A stretch of 64,000 nucleotides of DNA. It comes from Chloroflexota bacterium. Lineage in GTDB: Bacteria > Chloroflexota > UBA6077 > FW602-bin22. The notes beneath the pieces are model-generated. The model was not told the origin of the DNA and did no database searches. It was given only the letters and a program-made list of their open reading frames with translations. The DNA is taken from the NCBI GenBank assembly GCA_004297775.1, contig SCUE01000007.1, positions 258,861-322,860 of the forward strand. Direction: 5' to 3'. Both the position numbers and the translations under genes were made by a program. Below are positions 38,282 through 48,731 of this stretch, one piece after another (the first letter of the stretch is position 1; every line of letters begins with the position of its first letter).

Positions 38282-40618
38282 GTGGACAATCTCGTAACGC
38301 TGACAATCGACGGCAAGACCGCGCGCGTTCCGCGCGGAACTCTCCTGGTTGAAGCCGCCAAGACGGTTGGCATTCACATTCCGGTCTTCTGCTACCACGA
38401 GAAAATGAAGCCGTACGGCGCCTGCCGTATGTGCATGGTCGAGATCGCGCCGGGTCCGCCGATGCCGGGCACCGCTTGCACGACGCCCGTCGCCGAGGGA
38501 ATGGTCGTGAAGACGACATCCCCAATGGCCGTCAGCGCGCAGAAATCGACTCTCGAGTTCCTCCTTCTTAACCATCCCTTGGACTGCCCGGTCTGCGACC
38601 GCGGTGGCGAGTGTCCGCTCCAGGACAACACGTTCGGCTTCGGTGGCGCCGAGAGTCGCTACCTCGAAGAGAAGCGGCACTACGAGAAACCACTCAAGCT
38701 GTCCGACGAAGTGTTACTCGACCGCGAGCGTTGCATCCTCTGCTATCGATGCGTTCGATTCACCCGCGAGATCGCCGGTGACGAGTCTCTGACAGTCATC
38801 GAACGCGGAACGGATAGTCAGATCGGACTCGCCCCGGGGCGCACATTCGACTCGCCATTCTCCGGCAACACGATCGAGATCTGCCCGGTCGGGGCGCTGA
38901 CGAGCTCACGCTACCGCTTCGCGGCGCGGCCGTGGGACATTCGCTCGATCGCGACGGTTTGTCCGCACTGCTCCGTCGGCTGCAACGTTCGGGCCGACGT
39001 GCGGAATGGTGAGATCAAGCGATTCCTCACTCGCGACAACCCTGGGGTCGACGACGGATGGCTGTGCGACCGCGGCCGGTTCGGGTTCGGCTTTCCGTTC
39101 GACGGCGAACGACTGACGCGGCCGCTCGCGCGCAAGAACGGCCAGTTGGTGCCTGTTTCGTGGTCGGAAGCACTCGAAGCCATCCAGGCTGGAATCAGCG
39201 GCATCATCGAACAGTCGGGATCCGCCGCGGTGGCTGGACTGGCGGGATGCCAATTGACGAACGAGGACCTGTTCGCGTTTCGCCGGCTGATCCGCGAGAC
39301 GCTTGGGAGTCCGAATCTCGACCACACCATTGAACCGCATCCGGCCACGCCGCTCGGCGCGGATGCTCCGACCGGTTCAATGCAGGCGATCGAACGATCG
39401 AATGTCATCGTGCTAATCGGCGCAGACACGTTGTCCGACTGGCCGGTGCTGAATCTCCGCGTCAAGAAGGCCATCGATCGCGGCGCCAAAGTGGTCGTGC
39501 TGGGATCACAACCGCTCGACGTAAACGCGGCGCCCTACCGCGAGGTATTCGTCAACACCGGTGGCGACGATTCGGCGGTGCTGAGCGCGATCTCGCGTTT
39601 GCTCCCGGCCGAGATCGACGCGGCGCGCGAGCGACGCCGACAGGCCGCGGAAGCGGCCGCCGACCGCGCTTTTGCCGACGCCGTCAAACGCGCACACGAC
39701 GCGGCCGTGGCCAAGGCGAAGGAAGCGAACCAGGATGAGCCGGCAGCATATGCCTCGGTTGATGAAGGAGCCACCCGTTACGGTGTGAATCGGCCGGCGC
39801 CGCTGCCGGCGCCGCCCTTGCGAACGCGTGGACGCGATGCGTTGGTCGCATCATTGACCGACGCCGCCGCGCCAGGCGTTTCAGTTGACACCCTGGCATC
39901 GATGGCGCGTCTCGTCGGTGGCGGCGAGCGCGTGTCGATCCTGTATCCGCGCGAATACGGCGCTGATGCGAAGTTCCTGACCGCGGTCACGAACTTCGGA
40001 CTCCTCTGTGAAGCGTTTGGCCGCGAAGGCGCTGGAATCTTCCCGCTGGTCCGAGAGACGAACCAGCAGGGCGCGATCGACATCGGAGTAATGGCGGGCC
40101 AAGGTGGCATCGCCGGCGCCGGCCTGGTGGAAGCGATCGAGTCCGGGAAGGTCCAGGGGTTGTTTCTTGCCGGGCGCGATCTGGCCGGGGCGAACCTCGA
40201 CGCGCTCGCGAAGTTGCGGTTCCTGGTCGTGCAGGACTTCCGACTCACACAAGCGGCGGCCCGCGCGCACGTTGTGCTGCCGGGACTCACGTTTGCCGAG
40301 AAAGATGGCACCTACACGAATCTCGATCGCCGCATTCAGCGCCTGCGCGTGTGCGCGGACGCGCCCGGCGAGGCGCGTCCGGATTGGCGCATCTTCCGCG
40401 ACATCGGGAACGCATTCGGGGGCGACGCCTACGAACAGAGCGCCGAGGAGATGCTGGCGTCGATCGCCGCGTCCACACCCGACTACGCAGCCGTGACGCT
40501 CGGCAAACTCGGGTACAAGGGTGTCCAGTGGCCGTACGCGAATCCTGACGGCGCGGGTTCGAGGACCCTGCACGACGGGCGAGAGTTCGATCTTCTCCCC
40601 ATAAACGGCCTACGATGA
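38282..40618 (+). CDS. nuoG: NADH-quinone oxidoreductase subunit G
   Basis: 'HPLDCPVCDRGGEC', 'CILCYRC', N7 motif 'CPHCSVGC'. Confidence 0.96.
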   Translation: MDNLVTLTIDGKTARVPRGTLLVEAAKTVGIHIPVFCYHEKMKPYGACRMCMVEIAPGPPMPGTACTTPVAEGMVVKTTSPMAVSAQKSTLEFLLLNHPLDCPVCDRGGECPLQDNTFGFGGAESRYLEEKRHYEKPLKLSDEVLLDRERCILCYRCVRFTREIAGDESLTVIERGTDSQIGLAPGRTFDSPFSGNTIEICPVGALTSSRYRFAARPWDIRSIATVCPHCSVGCNVRADVRNGEIKRFLTRDNPGVDDGWLCDRGRFGFGFPFDGERLTRPLARKNGQLVPVSWSEALEAIQAGISGIIEQSGSAAVAGLAGCQLTNEDLFAFRRLIRETLGSPNLDHTIEPHPATPLGADAPTGSMQAIERSNVIVLIGADTLSDWPVLNLRVKKAIDRGAKVVVLGSQPLDVNAAPYREVFVNTGGDDSAVLSAISRLLPAEIDAARERRRQAAEAAADRAFADAVKRAHDAAVAKAKEANQDEPAAYASVDEGATRYGVNRPAPLPAPPLRTRGRDALVASLTDAAAPGVSVDTLASMARLVGGGERVSILYPREYGADAKFLTAVTNFGLLCEAFGREGAGIFPLVRETNQQGAIDIGVMAGQGGIAGAGLVEAIESGKVQGLFLAGRDLAGANLDALAKLRFLVVQDFRLTQAAARAHVVLPGLTFAEKDGTYTNLDRRIQRLRVCADAPGEARPDWRIFRDIGNAFGGDAYEQSAEEMLASIAASTPDYAAVTLGKLGYKGVQWPYANPDGAGSRTLHDGREFDLLPINGLR

Positions 40619-41607
40619 ACGAGTTCCTGTTTCAGGTCGCCATCTCGACGGTGAAGAGTCTCATCATCATCGTCGCGCTCTTGACAGGGTTCGCCTACAT
40701 GACGCTCTTCGAGCGGAAAGTGGCCGCCCGCATCCAGATCCGGTTTGGCCCGAATCGCGTCGGTCCCTTCGGACTGTTCCAGCCGCTGGCCGATGGGATC
40801 AAGCTCTTCTTCAAGGAAGACGTGATGCCGCGCGGCGCGGATCGATGGGTCTACCTCGCCGCGCCCTGCATTTCAGCCATGGTTGCGCTGGCGGCGTTCG
40901 CGGTCATCCCGATCGGGCCACCGATTTCGATTGCCGGGCGGCAGGTCGGGATGTATCTGTCGGACGCGGGCATCGGCATCCTGTACGTCCTGGCGGTTGG
41001 CTCGCTCGGCGTCTATGGAATCACGCTCGCGGGTTGGGCCTCGAACAACAAGTACTCGTTGCTGGGCGGCATTCGCGCGTCGGCCCAGATGATCTCGTAT
41101 GAACTGAGTCTCGGCCTTTCGATCATGGGCGTCGTGATGATCGTTGGGTCGACAAACATGACCGAGATCGTTGAGTACCAGTCGACCTGGCCGATGTTCC
41201 TGCTTCAGCCGCTCGGATTCCTGCTCTATCTGACGTCGGGCATCGCCGAAACGAATCGCGCGCCATTTGACCTGCCTGAGGCCGAATCGGAACTAGTGGC
41301 TGGGTACCACACCGAGTACAGCGGTATGAAGTTCGCGCTGTTCTACATGGCCGAATACATCAACATGATCACCGTCTCCTCCATTGCCACCACGCTTTAT
41401 CTTGGTGGCTACAAGGGCCCGATCGCGGATGGACCATGGTGGTTCCTCCTGAAGGTCGTGACGTTGCTGTTCTTCTACGTGTGGGTGCGCGCGACTTTGC
41501 CGCGATTGCGGTACGACCGTCTGATGAACTTCGGATGGCGGATCCTGCTGCCGTTGGCGCTTGTCAATGTGATGCTGACGGCGGCTGGCATTCTGGTCCT
41601 GGGTTAG
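40615..41607 (+). CDS. nuoH: NADH-quinone oxidoreductase subunit H
   Basis: 'GPNRVGP', '[12 protein letters not shown]'. Confidence 0.97.
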   Translation: MNEFLFQVAISTVKSLIIIVALLTGFAYMTLFERKVAARIQIRFGPNRVGPFGLFQPLADGIKLFFKEDVMPRGADRWVYLAAPCISAMVALAAFAVIPIGPPISIAGRQVGMYLSDAGIGILYVLAVGSLGVYGITLAGWASNNKYSLLGGIRASAQMISYELSLGLSIMGVVMIVGSTNMTEIVEYQSTWPMFLLQPLGFLLYLTSGIAETNRAPFDLPEAESELVAGYHTEYSGMKFALFYMAEYINMITVSSIATTLYLGGYKGPIADGPWWFLLKVVTLLFFYVWVRATLPRLRYDRLMNFGWRILLPLALVNVMLTAAGILVLG

Positions 41608-41622
41608 GAAGGGAGTCACGCG

Positions 41623-42096
41623 ATGGCGGGCCTAGTCGGCGATATCGGAGCCGTGGTCAAAGGCCTCGGCACCACCTTCAAGCACATCTTCCGCACACCG
41701 GTTACGTACGAGTACCCGGAGAAGCGGCGCCCGGTGCATCCGCGATTCCGCGGACGCCACAAGCTCATGCGATATGAGAACGGGCTTGAACGCTGTATCG
41801 GCTGCTCGCTCTGCGCGGCCGTCTGCCCGGCCAAGGCGATTTACGTCGAGGCCGCCGAGAACACCGACGAGGAGCGGGTCTCCCCTGGCGAACGGTACGC
41901 GGTCAAGTACGAGATCAACATGATTCGATGCATCTTCTGCGGCTACTGCCAGGAAGTGTGTCCGACCGAGGCGGTCGTGCTCGGGAACGACTACGAGCTC
42001 GCCGACTACGATCGGGCGTCTTTCATCTACACGAAAGACATGCTGCTCGTGCCGGATCCGCGCGCCATCGAAACGAAGGTCACGGCGGTCCGCTAG
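41623..42096 (+). CDS. nuoI: NADH-quinone oxidoreductase subunit I
   Basis: Two CxxCxxCxxxCP motifs. Confidence 0.97.
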   Translation: MAGLVGDIGAVVKGLGTTFKHIFRTPVTYEYPEKRRPVHPRFRGRHKLMRYENGLERCIGCSLCAAVCPAKAIYVEAAENTDEERVSPGERYAVKYEINMIRCIFCGYCQEVCPTEAVVLGNDYELADYDRASFIYTKDMLLVPDPRAIETKVTAVR

Positions 42097-42608
42097 TGGT
42101 CGATCTCGGAATCGTCTTCTTTCTGGTCGTGGCCCTAGCCGCCATCTTCTCGGCGGCCATGGTCGTGACGCTTCGGAACCCGGTCCACTGTGCGCTCTTT
42201 CTCGTGTTGACGCTCTTCTGCGTCGCGATCATGTTCCTCAGTCTGAGCGCGGAGTTTCTGGCCGCGGTTCAGGTCCTGGTGTACGCCGGTGCGATCATGG
42301 TCCTCTTCCTGTTCGTCATCACCCTCTTGAATCCGCTGCAGCCGGAGTCGCCGGATCGGCTGCGAAATCAGACTCTTTTCACCGGCGGCCTTGCGCTGAT
42401 ATTGCTCATCGAGTTCTGGTTGATCGTGCAGTCCGGGGCACTGGCGGTCCTTCCCGGCACGGCGCCAAAGCTGTCGGATGTTCCGAATATCGAGGCCCTC
42501 GGCTTGGCCCTCTTCTCCACCTACGTCGTGCCGTTCGAGGTCACCTCGATCGTGCTGCTCGTCGCAATGGTGGGGGCCGTCGTGCTCGCGCGAGGGAGGG
42601 TCCGGTGA
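42096..42608 (+). CDS. nuoJ: NADH-quinone oxidoreductase subunit J
   Basis: '[15 protein letters not shown]', 'PFE'. Confidence 0.95.
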   Translation: MVDLGIVFFLVVALAAIFSAAMVVTLRNPVHCALFLVLTLFCVAIMFLSLSAEFLAAVQVLVYAGAIMVLFLFVITLLNPLQPESPDRLRNQTLFTGGLALILLIEFWLIVQSGALAVLPGTAPKLSDVPNIEALGLALFSTYVVPFEVTSIVLLVAMVGAVVLARGRVR

Positions 42609-42916
42609 TTTCCCTGGCGCCGATTTCGTACTACCTGATCCTGAGCGCGGTGCTGTTTACGATCGGCGTCGTAGGCTTCTGCGTGCGAAAGAATCCACTG
42701 GTCATGTTTATGTCGGTCGAGATCATGCTGAACGCGGCGAACCTGACGTTCGTCGCGTTTTCGCGGTATCTGAACATCATCGACGGCCAGGTGATCGTGT
42801 TCTTCATCATGGCCGTCGCGGCCGCCGAGGTCGTTGTTGGATTGGCAATCATCGTCGCGATCTTCCGCCTGCGCGCGTCGATCGACGTCGACGAAGTAAA
42901 CGCGCTTCGTGGGTAG
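42605..42916 (+). CDS. nuoK: NADH-quinone oxidoreductase subunit K
   Basis: 'EIMLNAAN', '[10 protein letters not shown]'. Confidence 0.96.
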   Translation: MISLAPISYYLILSAVLFTIGVVGFCVRKNPLVMFMSVEIMLNAANLTFVAFSRYLNIIDGQVIVFFIMAVAAAEVVVGLAIIVAIFRLRASIDVDEVNALRG

Positions 42917-42919
42917 GAA

Positions 42920-44830
42920 ATGACAACGACTGTCACGCTCACACTTGCCTTTCCGCTGATTGGGCTCCTGTATTGCGCCGTCCTCGGCTGGCGAGTTGGT
43001 CGCCAGTATTCCGGCATCGTGGCTACGGCCGCGATCGGCGCGTCGTTCGCGAGCGCGCTTCTGGTCCTGGCTGGAGTCCTCGGAGTACCGGAGAAAGAGC
43101 GCTTCATCGACATCGTCATTGCGCCGTGGATCAACGCGGGAAGGTTCCAGGCATCGCTGGGGTTCATCGTCGACCCGCTGTCGACTCTGATGCTCTGCGT
43201 GGTCACGGGCGTGGGGTTCCTCATTCACGTGTACGCGACCGCGTACATGCGCGATCACCACGGGCATCTCGATCCGGGCTACAACCGATTCTTCGCCTTC
43301 ATGAATCTGTTCATCCTGGCGATGCTCGTTCTCGTCCTGGCCGACAACTTCGTCCTCTTGATGGTCGGCTGGGGCGGCGTCGGCGTTTGTTCCTACTTCC
43401 TGATCGCCTTCTGGTTCGAGAAGCCGGAGAACGCGAGCGCTGGAACGAAAGCGTTCGTGGTGAACGCGATCGGTGACGTCGGCCTGTTCCTGGCCGCGTT
43501 CCTGATCTACTGGACATACGGGCGTGTCGACTACGACGGCGTGTTCAAGGCCGTGGCCGCCGGACAAGGTAGCGACGCCGTTCCGGTGATCGCGCTTCTG
43601 CTCTTGGTCGCCGCGGCCGCGAAGTCGGCGCAGTTGCCGCTCCACGTTTGGCTTCCGGATGCGATGGCCGGACCGACGCCCGTCTCGGCACTCATCCACG
43701 CGGCGACGATGGTCACCGCCGGCGTATACATCATCGCGCGCGCCCATCCGATCTACGAGCACGCTCCGGCGGTCATGGCGCTGGTTGCCGCGCTTGGCAC
43801 GATTACCGCGCTGTTCGCCGCGACGATCGCGATCACCCAGTCGAACCTGAAGCGCGTGGTGGCGTACTCGACGATCTCCCAGCTTGGCTACATGTTCGCT
43901 GGCGTTGGCGTCGGTGCATTTGGCGCGAGCATGTTCCATCTCACCACGCACGCGTTCTTCAAGGCCGTACTGTTCCTGGCCGCTGGGATCGTGATTCACG
44001 AGCTATCCGGCGAAGAAGAGATGAAGTCGATGGGTGGGCTGCGCAAGCGATTGCCATTGGTCTACTGGTGCTTCGTCATCGCCGCCGCCGCGAACGCTGG
44101 TTTTCCGCTCCTATCCGGCTTCTTCTCCAAGGATGAGATCATCGGCGCCGCGTTTTCGTCACCGACCGGGAATCCTCTGCTCGGGATGATTCTCGTAGCG
44201 ACGAGTGGGCTAACCGGTTTCTACATGTTCCGCGCCGTCGTCCTGACGTTCCACGGTCAGCCGTCGGCCGATCAAGCCAAGTTGACCGATCCAGCGAGCC
44301 ACGGTCCCTCATTCACGATGGTGTGGCCAGTCGTGCTCCTGACTCTGCTCGCGATCGTGGCCGGGCTCCCCTACGCGCAGTTTGGCGAGTTCCTTCACCC
44401 GGCGCTGACGCGGTGGGGCGGACACCCATTCGAATCGAGTGATCCGTTGTCGCCGATCGCTCTCGGCACAGCCGCGATCAGCATCCTCGGGATCGGATTC
44501 GCGCTCGCGATGTATAGCGGCGATCGGGCAATTCCACGGCAACTCGGTCGGACGTTCTCCGGCGCGCAGGCGCTCGTCAAGAACGGCTACTACATCGACG
44601 CCTTCTACGGCGCCGTGCTCGTCGCGCCCGGCCGGGTGCTCGCGCTGGTTCTCTCCGGACCGATCGATAACTGGATCATCGATGGCACCGTGAGCTTCAT
44701 CACGGCGTTCGTCCGCTGGATGGGAATCGAGCTTGGCCGCATCCAGACTGGATTTGTACGGAACTACGCCCTGGCCATCCTAGCCGGCGTCGTCATCATT
44801 CTCGGCTTCATGATGGGCGGGAGGAGTTGA
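42920..44830 (+). CDS. nuoL: NADH-quinone oxidoreductase subunit L
   Basis: 'KSAQLPLHVWLPDAMAGPTPVSALIHAATMV'. Confidence 0.97.
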   Translation: MTTTVTLTLAFPLIGLLYCAVLGWRVGRQYSGIVATAAIGASFASALLVLAGVLGVPEKERFIDIVIAPWINAGRFQASLGFIVDPLSTLMLCVVTGVGFLIHVYATAYMRDHHGHLDPGYNRFFAFMNLFILAMLVLVLADNFVLLMVGWGGVGVCSYFLIAFWFEKPENASAGTKAFVVNAIGDVGLFLAAFLIYWTYGRVDYDGVFKAVAAGQGSDAVPVIALLLLVAAAAKSAQLPLHVWLPDAMAGPTPVSALIHAATMVTAGVYIIARAHPIYEHAPAVMALVAALGTITALFAATIAITQSNLKRVVAYSTISQLGYMFAGVGVGAFGASMFHLTTHAFFKAVLFLAAGIVIHELSGEEEMKSMGGLRKRLPLVYWCFVIAAAANAGFPLLSGFFSKDEIIGAAFSSPTGNPLLGMILVATSGLTGFYMFRAVVLTFHGQPSADQAKLTDPASHGPSFTMVWPVVLLTLLAIVAGLPYAQFGEFLHPALTRWGGHPFESSDPLSPIALGTAAISILGIGFALAMYSGDRAIPRQLGRTFSGAQALVKNGYYIDAFYGAVLVAPGRVLALVLSGPIDNWIIDGTVSFITAFVRWMGIELGRIQTGFVRNYALAILAGVVIILGFMMGGRS

Positions 44831-44834
44831 TTCG

Positions 44835-46340
44835 GTGATCACAACTCTGATCGCGCTCCCGGTCATCGGCGCGCTAGCGATCCTAGTTTTTCGGTCTTCG
44901 GCATCCGCCACGCGCTGGTTGAGTCTGGCCTTCGCGCTGGCGGAGGCCGCATTGGCCGCGCTGCTGGTCCTGGGATTCGATCCGGGATCGAGTGGAGTGC
45001 AGTTCGCGGAAGCGGTCGCCTGGGTGCCAGCTCTCGGGATTCAGTACGCGGTCGGCGTCGATGGCATATCGCTCTGGATGATCGCGTTGACGGCATTTCT
45101 AGCGCCGATCGCGATCGGCGCCAGTTGGCCGCTGATGGAGGAACACGCGCGCGACTTCGGCGCGCTCCTGCTTCTGCTGACGTCCGGGCTCATCGGGGCG
45201 TTCGCCGCCACGGATATGGTGCTGTTCTTCGTCTTCTGGGAAGTGATGCTCATTCCCATGTATCTCCTGATCGGGATGCGTGGCGGCGATCGGCGCATCG
45301 GAGCGGCAATCAAGTTCTTCATATACACGGCGGTTGGCTCGCTCTTGATGCTGGCGGGGATCATTGCCCTCCACGTTCACGCGAGTTCGAAGGGAATCAA
45401 CTCGTTCGCGATCGCCGATCTCGTTCGGGCGGCCCAGGGCGGCGTACCGTTCTGGATCTTCCTCGTATTCGTCTTGGCATTCGCGATCAAGGTACCGCTG
45501 TTCCCCCTTCATACCTGGTTACCCGACGCCTACACGCAGGCCCCGCTGCCCACGCTCGTGCTCGGGACGATGCTCGTGAAGGTTGGGGCATACGGGTTCA
45601 TCCGGTTTATCTACCCGCTGTTCCCGAATGAGCTAGCCCTGAACGCGAACTGGCTGACGATCCTGGCTGTCATCGGCATCATCTACGGGGCGCTGTGCGC
45701 GATCGCTCAGCGCGACCTCGTTCGCTTGCTCGCCTATTCGTCGATTTCGCACCTGGGATTCGTCCTGCTCGGCATCCTGGCCCTGAATAGCCAGGGCGTG
45801 ATGGGCGGATTGATTCAGATGGTGAACCACAGCATCTCAGCCGGCGCCTTGTTCATCGTCGCGGCGATGATCGCGCGCCGAGTCGGCTCGACCGACATCG
45901 TCAATCTTGGCGGATTGGCGGCGCGATACCCGTTGATCGCGGCGTTCTTCCTGCTGTCGATGTTCTCATCGGCCGGGGTTCCCGGATTGAACGGTTTCGT
46001 CGGGGAGTTCTTGACGATGCTCGGCGCGTTCCAGCCGCGGCAGCGCCTCGTCGTAGTCGCCGCCGGCGGGGTCGTGCTCGGCGCGATCTATCTGGTTTGG
46101 ATGTTCCAGAGATTAATGCACGGTCGCCAGAAGACACAGACCGTGATCGATGGCCGAGACCTGACCATGCGCGAAGCGCTCGTCCTGATTCCCCTTGCGG
46201 TTGCGATGGTGTGGATCGGCGTTCGGCCGAACACGCTGCTTGGCCGCATGGAGTCTTCGGTCGCGGTCACGGTCGAACAGGCGCGGACGGCCGCGGCGCC
46301 GATACTGGCGGCGTCGTCCAACCCAACAGGGAGGCCGTAG
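44835..46340 (+). CDS. nuoM: NADH-quinone oxidoreductase subunit M
   Basis: 'FWEVMLIPMY', 'KVPLFPLHTWLPDA', 'GFVGEF'. Confidence 0.96.
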   Translation: MITTLIALPVIGALAILVFRSSASATRWLSLAFALAEAALAALLVLGFDPGSSGVQFAEAVAWVPALGIQYAVGVDGISLWMIALTAFLAPIAIGASWPLMEEHARDFGALLLLLTSGLIGAFAATDMVLFFVFWEVMLIPMYLLIGMRGGDRRIGAAIKFFIYTAVGSLLMLAGIIALHVHASSKGINSFAIADLVRAAQGGVPFWIFLVFVLAFAIKVPLFPLHTWLPDAYTQAPLPTLVLGTMLVKVGAYGFIRFIYPLFPNELALNANWLTILAVIGIIYGALCAIAQRDLVRLLAYSSISHLGFVLLGILALNSQGVMGGLIQMVNHSISAGALFIVAAMIARRVGSTDIVNLGGLAARYPLIAAFFLLSMFSSAGVPGLNGFVGEFLTMLGAFQPRQRLVVVAAGGVVLGAIYLVWMFQRLMHGRQKTQTVIDGRDLTMREALVLIPLAVAMVWIGVRPNTLLGRMESSVAVTVEQARTAAAPILAASSNPTGRP

Positions 46341-47810
46341 ATGGCCGCATCTGGATTCTCGCCACCAGCGATTGACTTCGGAGCGATGTCGCCTTCGATC
46401 GTTGTGATCGTGGCGGCGCTCGTGGTGTTGCTGGCTGGATTGTTCCTCCCGGAGCGGGCGAAAGGCACACTGGCGACCCTGTCAATCGTCGGATTGATCG
46501 GCGGCCTCGTGGCGACTCTGGTAGCCGGTCAAGCGGGCGTAACCGGCGCAAACGGGATGCTCGTCCTTGACGGATTCGCCGTGTTCATCGGCGTCATCAT
46601 TCTTGGCGCGGGCATCGTGACGGTACTCCTGTCCGATGGCTACGTTGGGCGACAGGCAATCAGCACCGGCGAGTACTACGCGCTGCTCCTGTTCGCCTGC
46701 GCGGGTATGCTGCTGGTCGTCAGCGCGGCGGATCTCATCATGATCCTGCTCGGCATCGAGATTCTTTCGATTGCGCTCTACGTCCTGGCCGGGTTTTCGC
46801 GGGGACGTGATACGAGCGAGGAGTCGGCACTCAAGTATTTCTTGCTTGGCGCGTTCTCTCTCTCATTCATGATTTATGGATCGGCCCTCCTGTTCGGCGT
46901 CGCGAAGTCGACTCGTCTGGCGACGATCGCAACCGTGCTGGCTCAGGGCGCCCGGCCAAGCCTGATCGACAGCTCGCTCGTCCTAGCGGGCGTGGCTCTG
47001 ATTCTGGTCGGCTTCGCCTTCAAACTCTCGTTCGCGCCGTTCCATATGTGGACGCCCGACGCGTATGAGGGCGCGCCGACGCCGATTACGGCATTCATGT
47101 CGGTCGCGACCAAGGCCGCCGTGTTCGCGGCGCTTCTACGCTTCCTGACCTTCGCGATTCCGACGCTTCAGCCCGAGTGGACGATGGTTCTGGCGGCGCT
47201 GGCCGTCCTGACGATGGTGATCGGCAACATTGCGGCGGTCGTGCAATCGCGGGTCAAGCGGTTGCTCGCCTATTCGTCGATTGCGCAGGCCGGCTACATC
47301 CTGATCGGCGTGCTGGCAGGAAACGCGATCGGCGGTGCCAGCGTCCTCTTCTACCTGCTGGGCTACGCCATCACCAACATCGGCGCGTTCGCGGTTCTGA
47401 TGGCGATCGGCGACGCTGGGGATTCCGACCCCGAGGTCGCGGACTTCGATGGCCTCGGGCGGCGCTCACCGTTGCTCGCGTTCGCGATGACCGTGTTCAT
47501 GCTGGGTCTGGCCGGGATTCCACTGACGGCCGGCTTCATGTCGAAGCTGTACGTCTTCACCGCCGGCGTGCAAGCCGGTTTGATCGACCTCGTCATCGTC
47601 GGCGTGATCACCAGCGCGATCGCGACGTTCTACTACCTGCGGATCGTCGTCGCGATGTATTTCCGCGGACCGGCCCCGGCGCCGATCGCGCTGCGGACGA
47701 CGGGCGCGCTGACCGGGCTGATCGTCGTCCTCGCCATCGGCACAATCGCCCTCGGTGTCCTCCCGGCCGGCCCGCTCGGGTTCGCCGCGTCGGCCGTGGC
47801 GCAGCGGTAG
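46341..47810 (+). CDS. nuoN: NADH-quinone oxidoreductase subunit N
   Basis: 'ESALKYF', 'PFHMWTPDAYEGAP', 'KRLLAYSSI'. Confidence 0.96.
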   Translation: MAASGFSPPAIDFGAMSPSIVVIVAALVVLLAGLFLPERAKGTLATLSIVGLIGGLVATLVAGQAGVTGANGMLVLDGFAVFIGVIILGAGIVTVLLSDGYVGRQAISTGEYYALLLFACAGMLLVVSAADLIMILLGIEILSIALYVLAGFSRGRDTSEESALKYFLLGAFSLSFMIYGSALLFGVAKSTRLATIATVLAQGARPSLIDSSLVLAGVALILVGFAFKLSFAPFHMWTPDAYEGAPTPITAFMSVATKAAVFAALLRFLTFAIPTLQPEWTMVLAALAVLTMVIGNIAAVVQSRVKRLLAYSSIAQAGYILIGVLAGNAIGGASVLFYLLGYAITNIGAFAVLMAIGDAGDSDPEVADFDGLGRRSPLLAFAMTVFMLGLAGIPLTAGFMSKLYVFTAGVQAGLIDLVIVGVITSAIATFYYLRIVVAMYFRGPAPAPIALRTTGALTGLIVVLAIGTIALGVLPAGPLGFAASAVAQR

Positions 47811-47861
47811 GTAGCCACCGCGCTTGTCGAGCGCGCGACGAATCGCGTGCTCGATCCCGGT

Positions 47862-48731
47862 CTACCCGGACCCGTTGTGAGTCTCCACCTCGTAGAAGCC
47901 AATATTCTCCGGCGCTTCGAGGATCGTGATCGCGACTCCCTCGGCGGCGATCGGTCCCGATGGCACGCGTCCGCCGGCCCAGCCGCCATCGGCCGTGCTT
48001 GCCGCGATCTCGAAATGCACGATCGTCATAGTCGGATCGCGTGACAATTCCTCGAGCAGCGAGACTGTCTGCGCCGAGCCGGCTGGCGCCAGCCCAGGGG
48101 GAATGATCGGCGCCCGGCGCAGGAGGGCCACGCGCAGCCGAATCGGTCCGCACGTCGCGCAGACGATCGACGCGCGCACCGCCGCGATCGTCTGCGTCTG
48201 GCGGAACGCCGCCGCAATCGTGACCTGTGCGCGGGGAGGCGTCAGCGAACGCCACAGCGTCGATGCCACGCTGTCGAATGCCCGCGATGGCGGGCCAATC
48301 GGATCTGCCTCGTCCGCGATCGCGAACGCAATATCTGGCGCCAACCAGGAGCGAGCAACAGTTCCTCCGCGCGGAACCTCCGAAATAGTCGTTGCACCAG
48401 TTTGGTCTTCGACGATCATCACGTCACGATCGCGCAATTGCGATGCCGATCCGAAGTATCGCGCGATGATGGCGCCGTTGACGTCGAGTGCCCAAGCCTC
48501 GATTGGACTGTTCCCGTCAGACGACAGGTCGAGTCGAACCTCCTCACCAGCCGTCAGCGCGACAGTCCGAACGCGGGGTTCAGCGCCATCGACGATCGTG
48601 ACTGCCGCGGAGCGAAACGATTCGTTCCGAATCGCGATCACGTTTTCAGCCGTCTGAGAGCGACAAGCCGCCGCAACCAGGAGGAGCAGCGCAACAACCG
48701 GGATTCGGCCCGGGCAATAGACCTTAACCAC
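47862..48731 (-). CDS. Hypothetical lipoprotein
   Basis: Lipobox 'LLLVAAAC'; overlaps the upstream gene by 8 nt; contains CATC. Confidence 0.6.
   Translation of the reverse strand: MVKVYCPGRIPVVALLLLVAAACRSQTAENVIAIRNESFRSAAVTIVDGAEPRVRTVALTAGEEVRLDLSSDGNSPIEAWALDVNGAIIARYFGSASQLRDRDVMIVEDQTGATTISEVPRGGTVARSWLAPDIAFAIADEADPIGPPSRAFDSVASTLWRSLTPPRAQVTIAAAFRQTQTIAAVRASIVCATCGPIRLRVALLRRAPIIPPGLAPAGSAQTVSLLEELSRDPTMTIVHFEIAASTADGGWAGGRVPSGPIAAEGVAITILEAPENIGFYEVETHNGSG

Noticed and set aside
44835-47810. '2M' complex I with duplicated nuoM
   Set aside because: There is only one nuoM, and nuoN follows directly
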